30,968 bases of DNA from a virus. Taxonomy: Duplodnaviria > Caudoviricetes. The stretch lies in IMG/VR virus record IMGVR_UViG_3300047553_000184, positions 1 to 30,968 of that record. One strand, written 5' to 3'. Under the pieces are notes generated by a model. It had not been told where the DNA came from, searched no databases, and saw nothing but the letters and a program-made list of their open reading frames with translations. The stretch's first letter is position 1, and every line of letters starts with the position of its first letter. The translations under genes were made by a program, and so were the position numbers. This document shows, piece by piece, positions 17,455-25,128 of the stretch.

Positions 17455-17660
17455 TAGAACTTAGGTTTTGGGATTGAGATTGAGTGAGTCGCTTTTGACT
17501 TCTCGTTTGCTACCTTCATACGATTGCAGTTGATACGAACATCTCCGTATTGATTGACGATGAGTTCACCGCTTTCGATAGCGTCTTTAAGTTTCTTGAT
17601 GTTGATTGATAGGTTGAGTCCGTACTCATTCTCCCATCCGTTTCCGATGTAGGTTGTCAT
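17454..17660 (-). CDS. Hypothetical small beta protein
   Basis: 68 aa, TAATG-coupled on both sides. Confidence 0.65.
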   Translation of the reverse strand: MTTYIGNGWENEYGLNLSINIKKLKDAIESGELIVNQYGDVRINCNRMKVANEKSKATHSISIPKPKF

Positions 17661-18025
17661 TAGTCTAGTTTAAGTGTTATTTTGATTGGTTCTTCTGTTT
17701 TGATTGTAGTCTCTACTTCTTCTTTTGGTTTACCGTGTACTCTCGTGAGTAAAGTCTCAAGCGAGAAGAGAGAGTTCTTGTCGTGTGATTTAAGTAGCGC
17801 ACCTGCGACGATGCGTTCTAAGATAGTGTAGTCGTTACCCTTGTCAATCTCTGTGAGTTCTTCTCTTGACATTGCGACCATATTCATTAAGGTTTGATTG
17901 ATGTCGTCTTTTGAATACCCTAGACCCTTGAGTTGAGTGACTAGTTTTTTTGGTCTTCCGTTAGGGTTTGCTTTGTTTCCTACTTGAAATGGCTTCAAGT
18001 TTTGGAGTTGTTTTTCAGTTGGCAT
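17660..18025 (-). CDS. terS: Terminase small subunit (putative)
   Basis: NLKPF...NPNGRPK N-terminus. Lies between HNH and TerL. Confidence 0.7.
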   Translation of the reverse strand: MPTEKQLQNLKPFQVGNKANPNGRPKKLVTQLKGLGYSKDDINQTLMNMVAMSREELTEIDKGNDYTILERIVAGALLKSHDKNSLFSLETLLTRVHGKPKEEVETTIKTEEPIKITLKLD

Positions 18026-18046
18026 AGTTCTCGTGTTAATCTCTCG

Positions 18047-18304
18047 TTATTGACGCTTACTCAAAGCGATTCGATGCTTCTCTTTGAGAAAGTCTTTGTA
18101 CTGCTTTTGGTCTCCGAACTTCGTGTGACATTCTCTGCACAACGCTTGAAGATTTGTGATGACATCTTTTGTGTTTGACCCTCCCATTCCACGTGCTTCG
18201 ATATGGTGAATGTCGACGGCAGGTCTCTCACATACTTCACAACCTATGTAGTCGCTTATTGCGTACTCAAAGTAGTCAAGGTATATCTTCGTGTGCTTCT
18301 TCAT
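18047..18304 (-). CDS. HNH endonuclease
   Basis: CEVC...DIHHI...NLQALCRECH. Confidence 0.9.
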   Translation of the reverse strand: MKKHTKIYLDYFEYAISDYIGCEVCERPAVDIHHIEARGMGGSNTKDVITNLQALCRECHTKFGDQKQYKDFLKEKHRIALSKRQ

Positions 18305-18522
18305 ATTTCTAGGTTGTACTCGTTGAGTAGTTGATATAGTTTGTCTCTTGTCTCTTGTAGTGCTTTGTGAGTGTCTTCGCTTTGTGTGTCGGGTGCGTAC
18401 TTTATCAAACCTCTCAAGTGTTGGTCTAGATGAAACGCAACCATAGCGAACTTGTGACCATTGACTGCGAGTTCAAATTGTTCTCTCTCTTCTGTCAAGT
18501 CAAACTCAAGTATTGCTTTCAT
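18301..18522 (-). CDS. Hypothetical protein
   Basis: 73 aa (MKAILEFDL...), coupled to HNH. Confidence 0.7.
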   Translation of the reverse strand: MKAILEFDLTEEREQFELAVNGHKFAMVAFHLDQHLRGLIKYAPDTQSEDTHKALQETRDKLYQLLNEYNLEI

Positions 18523-18525
18523 CTT

Positions 18526-18711
18526 TTACTCGTTAGTATTATACTCATTCGTCTCATAGATTTCTTTTGCTTTTGAGAAACCTGCGTTGTATGCCATTTG
18601 TTGCTCTAGTTTTTCCAACATCGTAAAGTTGAAGATGAGACTCTCTGACATTTCAAAGTCTGGCACTTGTTGACGCACGTGTTCAATAAGTCGTTCCATT
18701 GGTGTCTTCAT
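18526..18711 (-). CDS. Hypothetical protein (small paralog family)
   Basis: 61 aa, MKTPM...EQQMAYNAG. Confidence 0.65.
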   Translation of the reverse strand: MKTPMERLIEHVRQQVPDFEMSESLIFNFTMLEKLEQQMAYNAGFSKAKEIYETNEYNTNE

Positions 18712-18914
18712 TGCTTGACGTATTTTTGTTCGTAGTATTGTTTTGGTGTGATTTTCAAATCGAGTAAGCCACTTATAGCACCTTCACAATGAGCGTGTTT
18801 CATTTGCCACTCTTCAATACGAATTAACTCTTTACACTTCACAATCAATGTCATTGGTATAGTGTCATCGTGCGCCATTAACTCATCGTACATTTGTTGC
18901 ATTGCCGTTCTCAT
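18708..18914 (-). CDS. Hypothetical protein (small paralog family)
   Basis: 68 aa, MRTAM...QYYEQKY. Confidence 0.65.
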   Translation of the reverse strand: MRTAMQQMYDELMAHDDTIPMTLIVKCKELIRIEEWQMKHAHCEGAISGLLDLKITPKQYYEQKYVKQ

Positions 18915-19044
18915 TGCTCTTTGATATTTGTTGCATTTCGTGAGACATTGCTATGATGAGATTGATTAAATCAACATTATGACTTACTACCTTATTGTCT
19001 TCGACTTCGATTGTAATGTCTTTGTATGTTATTCTCACTCTCAT
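18883..19044 (-). CDS. Hypothetical protein, 53 aa (not in ORF track)
   Basis: MRVRITYKDITIEVEDNKVVSHNVDLINLIIAMSHEMQQISKSNENGNATNVR. ATGA-coupled and fills the gap. Confidence 0.55.
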   Translation of the reverse strand: MRVRITYKDITIEVEDNKVVSHNVDLINLIIAMSHEMQQISKSNENGNATNVR

Positions 19045-19352
19045 AGTTTCTTTCTCCTTCTCTTTGGTTGCTCATCATCTGCGATAGTCGCTCTTTCGAT
19101 TGCTTGTTGTTTCTCTCTCCATTCTGCTTGTTCTTTGATTGAGTTGAGTTTCTGTTGACAGAATATCAATAGAGAAAAATAACTCTCTACAAAGCAAGTA
19201 GAGCAAGAGGGCATAGAACGCCCGTAGAGTGATTGATAAACGCTTCTCAAACGATGCGCTTCTTCTGGGTTCAATGACAACACTTGTGTCTTTTTGTACT
19301 CGTTGTATTTCGGTTCTAGACTTACAACGAACTCGATGTCTTCAAAAGTCAT
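19041..19352 (-). CDS. Hypothetical CxxC protein
   Basis: 103 aa with SCSTC and a basic C-terminus. Confidence 0.7.
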   Translation of the reverse strand: MTFEDIEFVVSLEPKYNEYKKTQVLSLNPEEAHRLRSVYQSLYGRSMPSCSTCFVESYFSLLIFCQQKLNSIKEQAEWREKQQAIERATIADDEQPKRRRKKL

Positions 19353-19609
19353 ATTTTAGTTTCTAATAGTGCAACAATGATAGTAGAGATAGACGCGTAG
19401 AGAATACCTACGAGACCGTATTGATAAAAGAAGTAACCAAGACCAATCCAAAACGACATACAAAATGCGCAGTCGAGAGGTTTCATTCTTCGCCAGTTAA
19501 AAGGATTACGACCATAGATTAAAGTCTTTAAGTAGTCCGCAGGTTTGCCAAAGTTTACGAGTATGACGCTGAATGACGCGATACCCAAGATTTCTAGATG
19601 TGTCATCAA
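19349..19609 (-). CDS. Membrane protein with CxxC (DUF1360-like)
   Basis: 86 aa, hydrophobic, with DCAFCMSFW. Confidence 0.65.
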   Translation of the reverse strand: MMTHLEILGIASFSVILVNFGKPADYLKTLIYGRNPFNWRRMKPLDCAFCMSFWIGLGYFFYQYGLVGILYASISTIIVALLETKI

Positions 19610-19854
19610 TAATGATTTTTGTAGTATAGTTGTGCGAGAATTTGCGCTTTGCTTGAGTGCGCGTTCAAGTCTGTCTCATAGCCGTCGACAAATGCTTTCT
19701 TCAATAGTGCTTCTTCTTCTTCTACGAGTCCTTCAAATTGCTTGTGAAGTCTTCTTACTTCTTCTGCTTTCAAAGTGTCGCCACCTTCTTCGTGGATGTT
19801 TGCGAGATTCGTCAAAAATCTATCAACGAATTTCATTGGGGTTTGTTTTCTCAT
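19606..19854 (-). CDS. Hypothetical protein (small paralog family)
   Basis: 82 aa, MRKQTPM...KKAFVDG...LYYKNHY. Confidence 0.65.
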   Translation of the reverse strand: MRKQTPMKFVDRFLTNLANIHEEGGDTLKAEEVRRLHKQFEGLVEEEEALLKKAFVDGYETDLNAHSSKAQILAQLYYKNHY

Positions 19855-20362
19855 ATTGTTCTTGTACTAGTTGTTTCATTAATTTAACTACGCGTAAGAT
19901 TTCTCGTACGCTAATTCCTGTTTTGCGATGCAAAGAACGTGCGCTATTTCCATCGAGCCACATCTTGAATAGTTCTCTCTCGTACCAATGAGATGACTCA
20001 ATGATGAAGTCGTATGCGCGTATCTTGCTTCTCTCTTCTTCATATTCTTCTTCTTCTACTAGATGGTCTTTGTCGTCACTATGTAGGTGACACTCGTACA
20101 CATCAACATTGTCGTAAATGCGATTTTGTTGAAATGGGTGACGATTACCATTGATGGCGGTGTGAAGTACCTTGATAGCCCACCATTGTAAGTAACCGTC
20201 GTTGTGTAACTTCTCAACATATGCGTCTTCTTTTTCGAGTAGTAGTAGAAAAAAGTATTGATATAGTTCTCTTGCTAGTTCTTTGTTCTTTGAGATGCGA
20301 AGACACGTATCGAAAACCCACTTTTGAGTCGTTAGATTTTCGATGATTTGTGACTTCTTCAA
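19823..20362 (-). CDS. Phage sigma-70/ECF-like factor
   Basis: 179 aa. Region-2-like ARELYQYFFLLLLE and region-4 HTH (WYERELF...SARSLHRKTGISVREI). TTG start. Confidence 0.7.
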   Translation of the reverse strand: MKKSQIIENLTTQKWVFDTCLRISKNKELARELYQYFFLLLLEKEDAYVEKLHNDGYLQWWAIKVLHTAINGNRHPFQQNRIYDNVDVYECHLHSDDKDHLVEEEEYEEERSKIRAYDFIIESSHWYERELFKMWLDGNSARSLHRKTGISVREILRVVKLMKQLVQEQYEKTNPNEIR

Positions 20363-20367
20363 CGATG

Positions 20368-20398
20368 CAAATATAGAAAAAGATTTTGTATTTACAAA
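20368..20398 (-). promoter_or_regulatory. Bacteroidota primary-sigma promoter for the sigma gene
   Basis: TTTG-N19-TATATTTG matches the -33/-7 consensus. Confidence 0.8.
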
Positions 20399-20441
20399 TT
20401 ATTTTTTCTCAATGCTTACAAAATAGCCGTCTTTCTCATAT

Positions 20442-20945
20442 CTATTCTTCGTACGCAACACATCGCTCTCTTCTTTCAGTATGTGAATCGACGACGATAG
20501 ATTCTTTGTTGCTATAAGAATCCAATAGTTCGAGAGTTTGTTGATGGGTTTTGGCGAATTGTCTGTCATATTCTATCAAATCTTGTGTTTGACGTACGCT
20601 ATGTATGATTGTTGAATGGTCGCGATTTATGATTCTACCTATCGACTCAAATGACATACGCAAAGTCTTTCTACAAATGTAGTTAAAAGTGTGACGAGCG
20701 TACAAGACGTGTTGTCGTCTGTTGTGAGAATAAATGTCATCGGGTGTGATATCCCATATTTGACAAATGCTTCTCATCACATCTTCCCATTGTGCTTTGT
20801 TTCTAGTTATGTCAATCTTTGGTCGCAAGATTTCTCTCTTTAGACTTTGAATCATTTTCTCATAGTTGTTCTTTTGCTCGATTAATAACAAGCGTTGTCT
20901 TTTTAATTCTTGTTTTAATAGATGTATTTCTTGATAGTGTGTCAT
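20442..20945 (-). CDS. DnaA C-terminal (domain IV) HTH protein
   Basis: YARH...SIGRIINRDHSTIIHS signature and an N-terminal coiled coil. Confidence 0.85.
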   Translation of the reverse strand: MTHYQEIHLLKQELKRQRLLLIEQKNNYEKMIQSLKREILRPKIDITRNKAQWEDVMRSICQIWDITPDDIYSHNRRQHVLYARHTFNYICRKTLRMSFESIGRIINRDHSTIIHSVRQTQDLIEYDRQFAKTHQQTLELLDSYSNKESIVVDSHTERRERCVAYEE

Positions 20946-21808
20946 ATTTTTTTGTGTTTAGAATCTATAATCATTGGCGTTGTGTATGTCCATTTGACGC
21001 GATGATGTAATCTATTTGAAGTAAAACCCATCATTGAAACTTGAATGGAAGATGGATGGTACAAAACGCTATGAAATGATTTTACGTATGTACCACTACC
21101 TAAATAAGCGTCAGTCATACCGCCCTTTTGGCTCTGTGTAGCGGCCTGTTCTAATCCTATAAATGGCAACGTCAAAAATAAATGTCCTCTACTTCCTAGA
21201 GTTGTATAGGTATTGACATCTTCATTGATTGAGCCAAAAAATTGAAAATACCTATCTACTGAACAGATGAAACTATTCATACATTTCCTCGCATTATGTT
21301 TGTAATTGCTTATCATACCACATCCTGCTCCGCCAATAAAGTCACCACCTTGCGCAAATGCAATACTAGTACAAGTTGTAGACTTAAAAAAGTCTAAATA
21401 AATTTGAAAATACTTGTCTAGATTCTTAGCGAATCCACTTGTCATATACTTGCCATCGATAAAGCGATATCTGAATGAAGTGTAGTCGTCGTCAAGTTGT
21501 ATAAAGTATTTTATACCTATTTGTTTTGCAATGTGAAAACAAGCGTTCCTAGCGTGAATTATGACTTTGCGATTGTCAAAATTATTCCCCTCGTCTATTG
21601 AGTCAGCCATCGCTTTCTTGTCAAACACTTTTACCATATCGTCGCCATACTTTCGTAAGTAAGTATCAAGTGTTTTGTCTTCATTGTCAACAATTAGATA
21701 GATTGAACCTGTATAGCCACACTTTTTAAGTGTCTGCAATGTCTTGACGTTGTCAGGTCTACCGTGAGTCAAAATAAATACCGCAAAATTATTGTCCATA
21801 TTCTTCAA
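20942..21808 (-). CDS. GT-A fold glycosyltransferase, TAGT/GREB1-like
   Basis: Motifs FILTHGRP, ARN, QLDDDY (DxD), MNSF, INEDV and GGMT. Confidence 0.75.
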   Translation of the reverse strand: MKNMDNNFAVFILTHGRPDNVKTLQTLKKCGYTGSIYLIVDNEDKTLDTYLRKYGDDMVKVFDKKAMADSIDEGNNFDNRKVIIHARNACFHIAKQIGIKYFIQLDDDYTSFRYRFIDGKYMTSGFAKNLDKYFQIYLDFFKSTTCTSIAFAQGGDFIGGAGCGMISNYKHNARKCMNSFICSVDRYFQFFGSINEDVNTYTTLGSRGHLFLTLPFIGLEQAATQSQKGGMTDAYLGSGTYVKSFHSVLYHPSSIQVSMMGFTSNRLHHRVKWTYTTPMIIDSKHKKI

Positions 21809-22187
21809 GATATTGAGTTTTTATTTCGTCACATAGTTTGACGTAGCCGTATTGTATTGCTTTCTCAAAATCTATAATCACTAAAGCAGAGCGTTCCATC
21901 AAATGTTGCATCTCTTTACTAGCGTGTGAGTAGTAGTCAGCAATTTTCTCATAGTTAAAAACAAGATGCCTCATTGTTGCATCAATCAAAAACGATTTTT
22001 CATCTTCATTCAATGTAGAAGATTCAATTTCTTTAATTAAGCGTTGAGTCTTTGATTTGTCACAAAGTTCAAGTATGTGAGGTTTCCTATTCTTTGGTTC
22101 GTAAATAGGTGCTTCAATCTTACTCGTGTACTTTTGTTCTTCTTCATTAGGTGCGTAGTCTGCACCAAATAGATTAATTTGTTTCAT
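21789..22187 (-). CDS. Hypothetical partner of the TAGT-like enzyme
   Basis: 132 aa, overlaps the GT start and shares its AT-rich composition. Motif KIADYY...SALVIIDFEKAI. Confidence 0.7.
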   Translation of the reverse strand: MKQINLFGADYAPNEEEQKYTSKIEAPIYEPKNRKPHILELCDKSKTQRLIKEIESSTLNEDEKSFLIDATMRHLVFNYEKIADYYSHASKEMQHLMERSALVIIDFEKAIQYGYVKLCDEIKTQYLEEYGQ

Positions 22188-23416
22188 ATGCGTTCTTTGT
22201 ATTCTGTTAGTTTGCCTTCAAAGGTTGTTGGTATCGTACAACACTCACCGTTTCTATTCTTTGCTATTATCAACTCGGCTTCTTCAACGTCTGGCTTCTC
22301 TTGGTCATAGTATGCAGGTCTAAAAGGAAACATCACAATATCTGCGTCTTGCTCAATCGCACCGCTCTCTCTCAAGTCACTCAACATCGGTCTTTTGTCT
22401 GCTCTCTCTTCGCTCTTACGAGACAACTGCGCAAGAACAATGACCGTGATTTTCAATTCTTTTGCCAGTAGTTTAAGCCCTCGTGATATCTCTGCTATCT
22501 CTTGCTCACGATTTGCTTTTGTACCTTTGATTAATTGAATGTAGTCAATCACTAGCAAGTCAAGACCTTTGCGAGACTTGTGTAGTTTTGCTTTTGCTTT
22601 TATTTGGGCGATAGAAGTATCAACGTCATCGTCTATGTGAAACTCGATAGATTGATTGTTTGCGACGTGTATCACTTTGTCGATTTCATTTTGTTCTAGA
22701 CGACCATTGCGAATCTTCCAATTCTCGATAGAACCTATCAAAGACAAGTATCGTTTCGCGAGTTGTTCGTTGCTCATCTCAAGAGATAAGAATAGTGCTT
22801 TGTAGTTATACTTTGCGAAGTCTTTTGTGAGAGTGAGAGCGATTGCAGTCTTACCCATTCCCGGTCTACCTGCTACTACAATCAAATCACCTTCGTTGTA
22901 ACCTCCAATGTATTTGTCTAAATATCTCCATCCTGTTTGTTTACCTGTTAGCGCACCACCTTTGAGACTATTGTCAACGATTTGGTCAACGACTTTGTTT
23001 GTGACTTTGACGATTGAGTCTGGCTCTTTGTGAGTTGAAAATGTAGTCTCTTCAAGAATGTTTTGAATGTCTTTGACCATCTCGCTCAAGTCTTTTGTCA
23101 AGTTCAAATTTGACACTCTATCTACAAGTGTTTTCTTTATGTACTCGTATTCAAGAGTCTTCAAGTGTACTTTGATATTTGACATTCCACTTGCTTCTTG
23201 TTGAATACGAATAATCTCAAGAACTTCTACTCGTGTAAAGTACTTTGATAAAGTCACAAGGTCAACAGGTTGATTCTCGTAGTAGAGTTCTGTCATCGCG
23301 TCTACAACTCGACGAGATAAATCTTGAGTAAACCAATTCTTATTGATTTGTGGTAAGAAGTGTCTTGCATCATTGTAGAAGAGCAAGTTTGATAGTATCA
23401 TTTGTTCTAGATTCAT
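22184..23416 (-). CDS. dnaB: Replicative DNA helicase, DnaB-like
   Basis: GRPGMGKT, SLEM, VIDYIQL, LAQLSR, SDLRESGAIEQDAD, KNRNG. Confidence 0.96.
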   Translation of the reverse strand: MNLEQMILSNLLFYNDARHFLPQINKNWFTQDLSRRVVDAMTELYYENQPVDLVTLSKYFTRVEVLEIIRIQQEASGMSNIKVHLKTLEYEYIKKTLVDRVSNLNLTKDLSEMVKDIQNILEETTFSTHKEPDSIVKVTNKVVDQIVDNSLKGGALTGKQTGWRYLDKYIGGYNEGDLIVVAGRPGMGKTAIALTLTKDFAKYNYKALFLSLEMSNEQLAKRYLSLIGSIENWKIRNGRLEQNEIDKVIHVANNQSIEFHIDDDVDTSIAQIKAKAKLHKSRKGLDLLVIDYIQLIKGTKANREQEIAEISRGLKLLAKELKITVIVLAQLSRKSEERADKRPMLSDLRESGAIEQDADIVMFPFRPAYYDQEKPDVEEAELIIAKNRNGECCTIPTTFEGKLTEYKERI

Positions 23417-23994
23417 AGTGTTGCAAGTTTATGAGTATTTGTTGAGACTTTCAAGTTGTTTGGTTTCCACGTACGAACTGCGCTCTTCCAATCTTTCATT
23501 TTGTTTTTACCTATCATCCATCCTTTCGACTCGTAGAAATCAAAGAACTTGTTTGAGACATCGTTCATACCTATTGAATCCATATATTCTCTCAACTCGT
23601 CTAGAGTTGGTTTAGTAAAACGATTACTCTTTTTATTATATATATCTTCATTTTCATTTTCATTTTCCATATGTTGTTCATATGATAAAGATGTGTTTTT
23701 CATATCTTCTTTCTTTTTACGATTATTTGCTCTTGATTCACTATACTTCTTTCTCTTCTCAAACTCTTCTCTCATACGCAAATTGTAAAATCCTTCTTCG
23801 CATTTCTCGAATTTGTCAAAGATATCTTCATCATATGTCTCACATATCTTCAACATATCTTTCTCGCTTAGTACACCTTTTTGATGTTGTATGCAAAGTA
23901 GACGAATGTATTTGCCTACTTGTTCATTTGACATCAATGTTGTGCCTGTTAAAAAGTCGCTAGTATAAAATAATACTGCTGGGTCTTTGCTCAT
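23413..23994 (-). CDS. Replication initiator (YdaU/DUF1376-like N-terminus)
   Basis: Start reassigned to ATG 23994 (MSKDPAVLFYTSDFL). C-terminal FFDFYESKGW...MKDWKSAVRTW. Directly upstream of dnaB. Confidence 0.8.
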   Translation of the reverse strand: MSKDPAVLFYTSDFLTGTTLMSNEQVGKYIRLLCIQHQKGVLSEKDMLKICETYDEDIFDKFEKCEEGFYNLRMREEFEKRKKYSESRANNRKKKEDMKNTSLSYEQHMENENENEDIYNKKSNRFTKPTLDELREYMDSIGMNDVSNKFFDFYESKGWMIGKNKMKDWKSAVRTWKPNNLKVSTNTHKLATL

Positions 23995-24004
23995 TTTTTG
24001 TATT

Positions 24005-24054
24005 AAAAAACCCTCGTACAAATACCGAAGTGCGAGTTCGATACTTGCCGAGGG
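24005..24054 (-). terminator. Leader terminator/attenuator hairpin before the initiator
   Basis: CCCTCG-GCAAGTATCGAA-[CTCGCAC]-TTCGGTATTTGT-A-CGAGGG-TTTTTT, ending 10 nt before the ATG. Confidence 0.8.
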
Positions 24055-24095
24055 CAAATGTCTTTGGTTAGTTGTCTCGCACACAACTCTAATAC
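24005..24095 (-). ncRNA. Structured leader/small RNA with two hairpins and complementary loops
   Basis: Hairpin 1 AGTTGT-[GTGCGAG]-ACAACT. Its loop is the reverse complement of the terminator loop. Bounded by a promoter and a U-tract. Confidence 0.6.
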
Positions 24096-24099
24096 TTTA

Positions 24100-24130
24100 C
24101 AAAAGTAGTACTTTGTAGATAAATAGCAAA
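24100..24130 (-). promoter_or_regulatory. Bacteroidota primary-sigma promoter for the replication operon
   Basis: TTTG-N19-TACTTTTG. Confidence 0.8.
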
Positions 24131-24331
24131 CTATTTTTTCGTTGCGATTGAGTATCTACCAAATCCCTCGGTCTCATCACATACAATGTCGAGACCTTCT
24201 TTGTGTCTGAGCGTATGAATAAGCGCGGCGAGTCGAAACGAGCCATACAAATTCAAAGCGTCGATTGGTGTGATTGACTTACCATTCATCAAATGAGTCT
24301 TCACTTTCTTGAGTTGCGATTCTTTTTTCAT
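24131..24331 (-). CDS. Winged helix-turn-helix protein
   Basis: 66 aa, SITPIDALNLYGSFRLAALIHTLR. Confidence 0.75.
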   Translation of the reverse strand: MKKESQLKKVKTHLMNGKSITPIDALNLYGSFRLAALIHTLRHKEGLDIVCDETEGFGRYSIATKK

Positions 24332-24720
24332 ATTTGTCTGTGATTAATTTTTAATTTGTCAAGTCCTTTTGTGTCGTGATACAAAGTTTCAAATACTACA
24401 TTACGTATACCACTTTGTTTAATAATTTTTGAGCATTGCATACAAGGCGACATCGTGACGTACATAGTTGCATCTTGAGCGTTTATACCTGCTTTTAAGA
24501 TAGCGTTCATTTCTGCGTGAATGACTTCGTCTTTCGTCACATCGTTCTCTTCGCACTCGTTACAAAATCCACTAGGTGTACCATTGTAACCATAAGCCAC
24601 GATATTTCTGTCTTTGACTATGATTGCACCCACTTTTGCACGATTGCATCTTGAAAGTTTAGAGACGGTGTGAGCGATGTCCATATACATCACATCGAAT
24701 TGTTCACTTCTCGTCATCAT
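24328..24720 (-). CDS. dCMP deaminase (ComEB-like)
   Basis: KVGAII...GYNG, HAE and PCxxC zinc motifs. Confidence 0.9.
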   Translation of the reverse strand: MMTRSEQFDVMYMDIAHTVSKLSRCNRAKVGAIIVKDRNIVAYGYNGTPSGFCNECEENDVTKDEVIHAEMNAILKAGINAQDATMYVTMSPCMQCSKIIKQSGIRNVVFETLYHDTKGLDKLKINHRQI

Positions 24721-24796
24721 ATTTACCTATGTAAAATCCAAGAACGAACGCTAGTAGAATAAATCCGTACCAAATTGCCATTTGTGTATTTGTCAT
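24704..24796 (-). CDS. Single-pass membrane peptide, 30 aa (not in ORF track)
   Basis: MTNTQMAIWYGFILLAFVLGFYIGKYDDEK. ATGA-coupled. Confidence 0.5.
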   Translation of the reverse strand: MTNTQMAIWYGFILLAFVLGFYIGKYDDEK

Positions 24797-25128
24797 TGTG
24801 TTCTAGTTTTAACTACTTGTACTATTTCATAGAAATTGTCACCGTATACTTCGTAGTATGTGTATAAACCACCCAAAGGAAATAATTGCAAATCCATTGA
24901 ATAAGATTCTTGTAGTTGAGAGCAGACATCTGAAAGCGTAGGTTCGCTATCAAATACACAAATTATGTCGTTGTCTTCGTTGATAAGAACATAAGACATA
25001 CCATTCAGTCGATTTGATAAGAACTCAGCAAATATCTTCTTCTCGAATCTACCTACTATTTCTTGATTGTGATACACTCGATACTCGATAGAGCCATTCA
25101 CATTTGCTTCTACTATTTGTGTATTCAT
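24793..25128 (-). CDS. Hypothetical protein
   Basis: 111 aa, coupled on both sides. Confidence 0.7.
   Translation of the reverse strand: MNTQIVEANVNGSIEYRVYHNQEIVGRFEKKIFAEFLSNRLNGMSYVLINEDNDIICVFDSEPTLSDVCSQLQESYSMDLQLFPLGGLYTYYEVYGDNFYEIVQVVKTRTQ

Noticed and set aside
23995-24084. 30-aa N-terminal extension of the initiator given in the ORF track
   Set aside because: It spans the leader hairpins and terminator, and ATG 23994 has an A-rich start context. Translation from GTG 24084 is not formally excluded.
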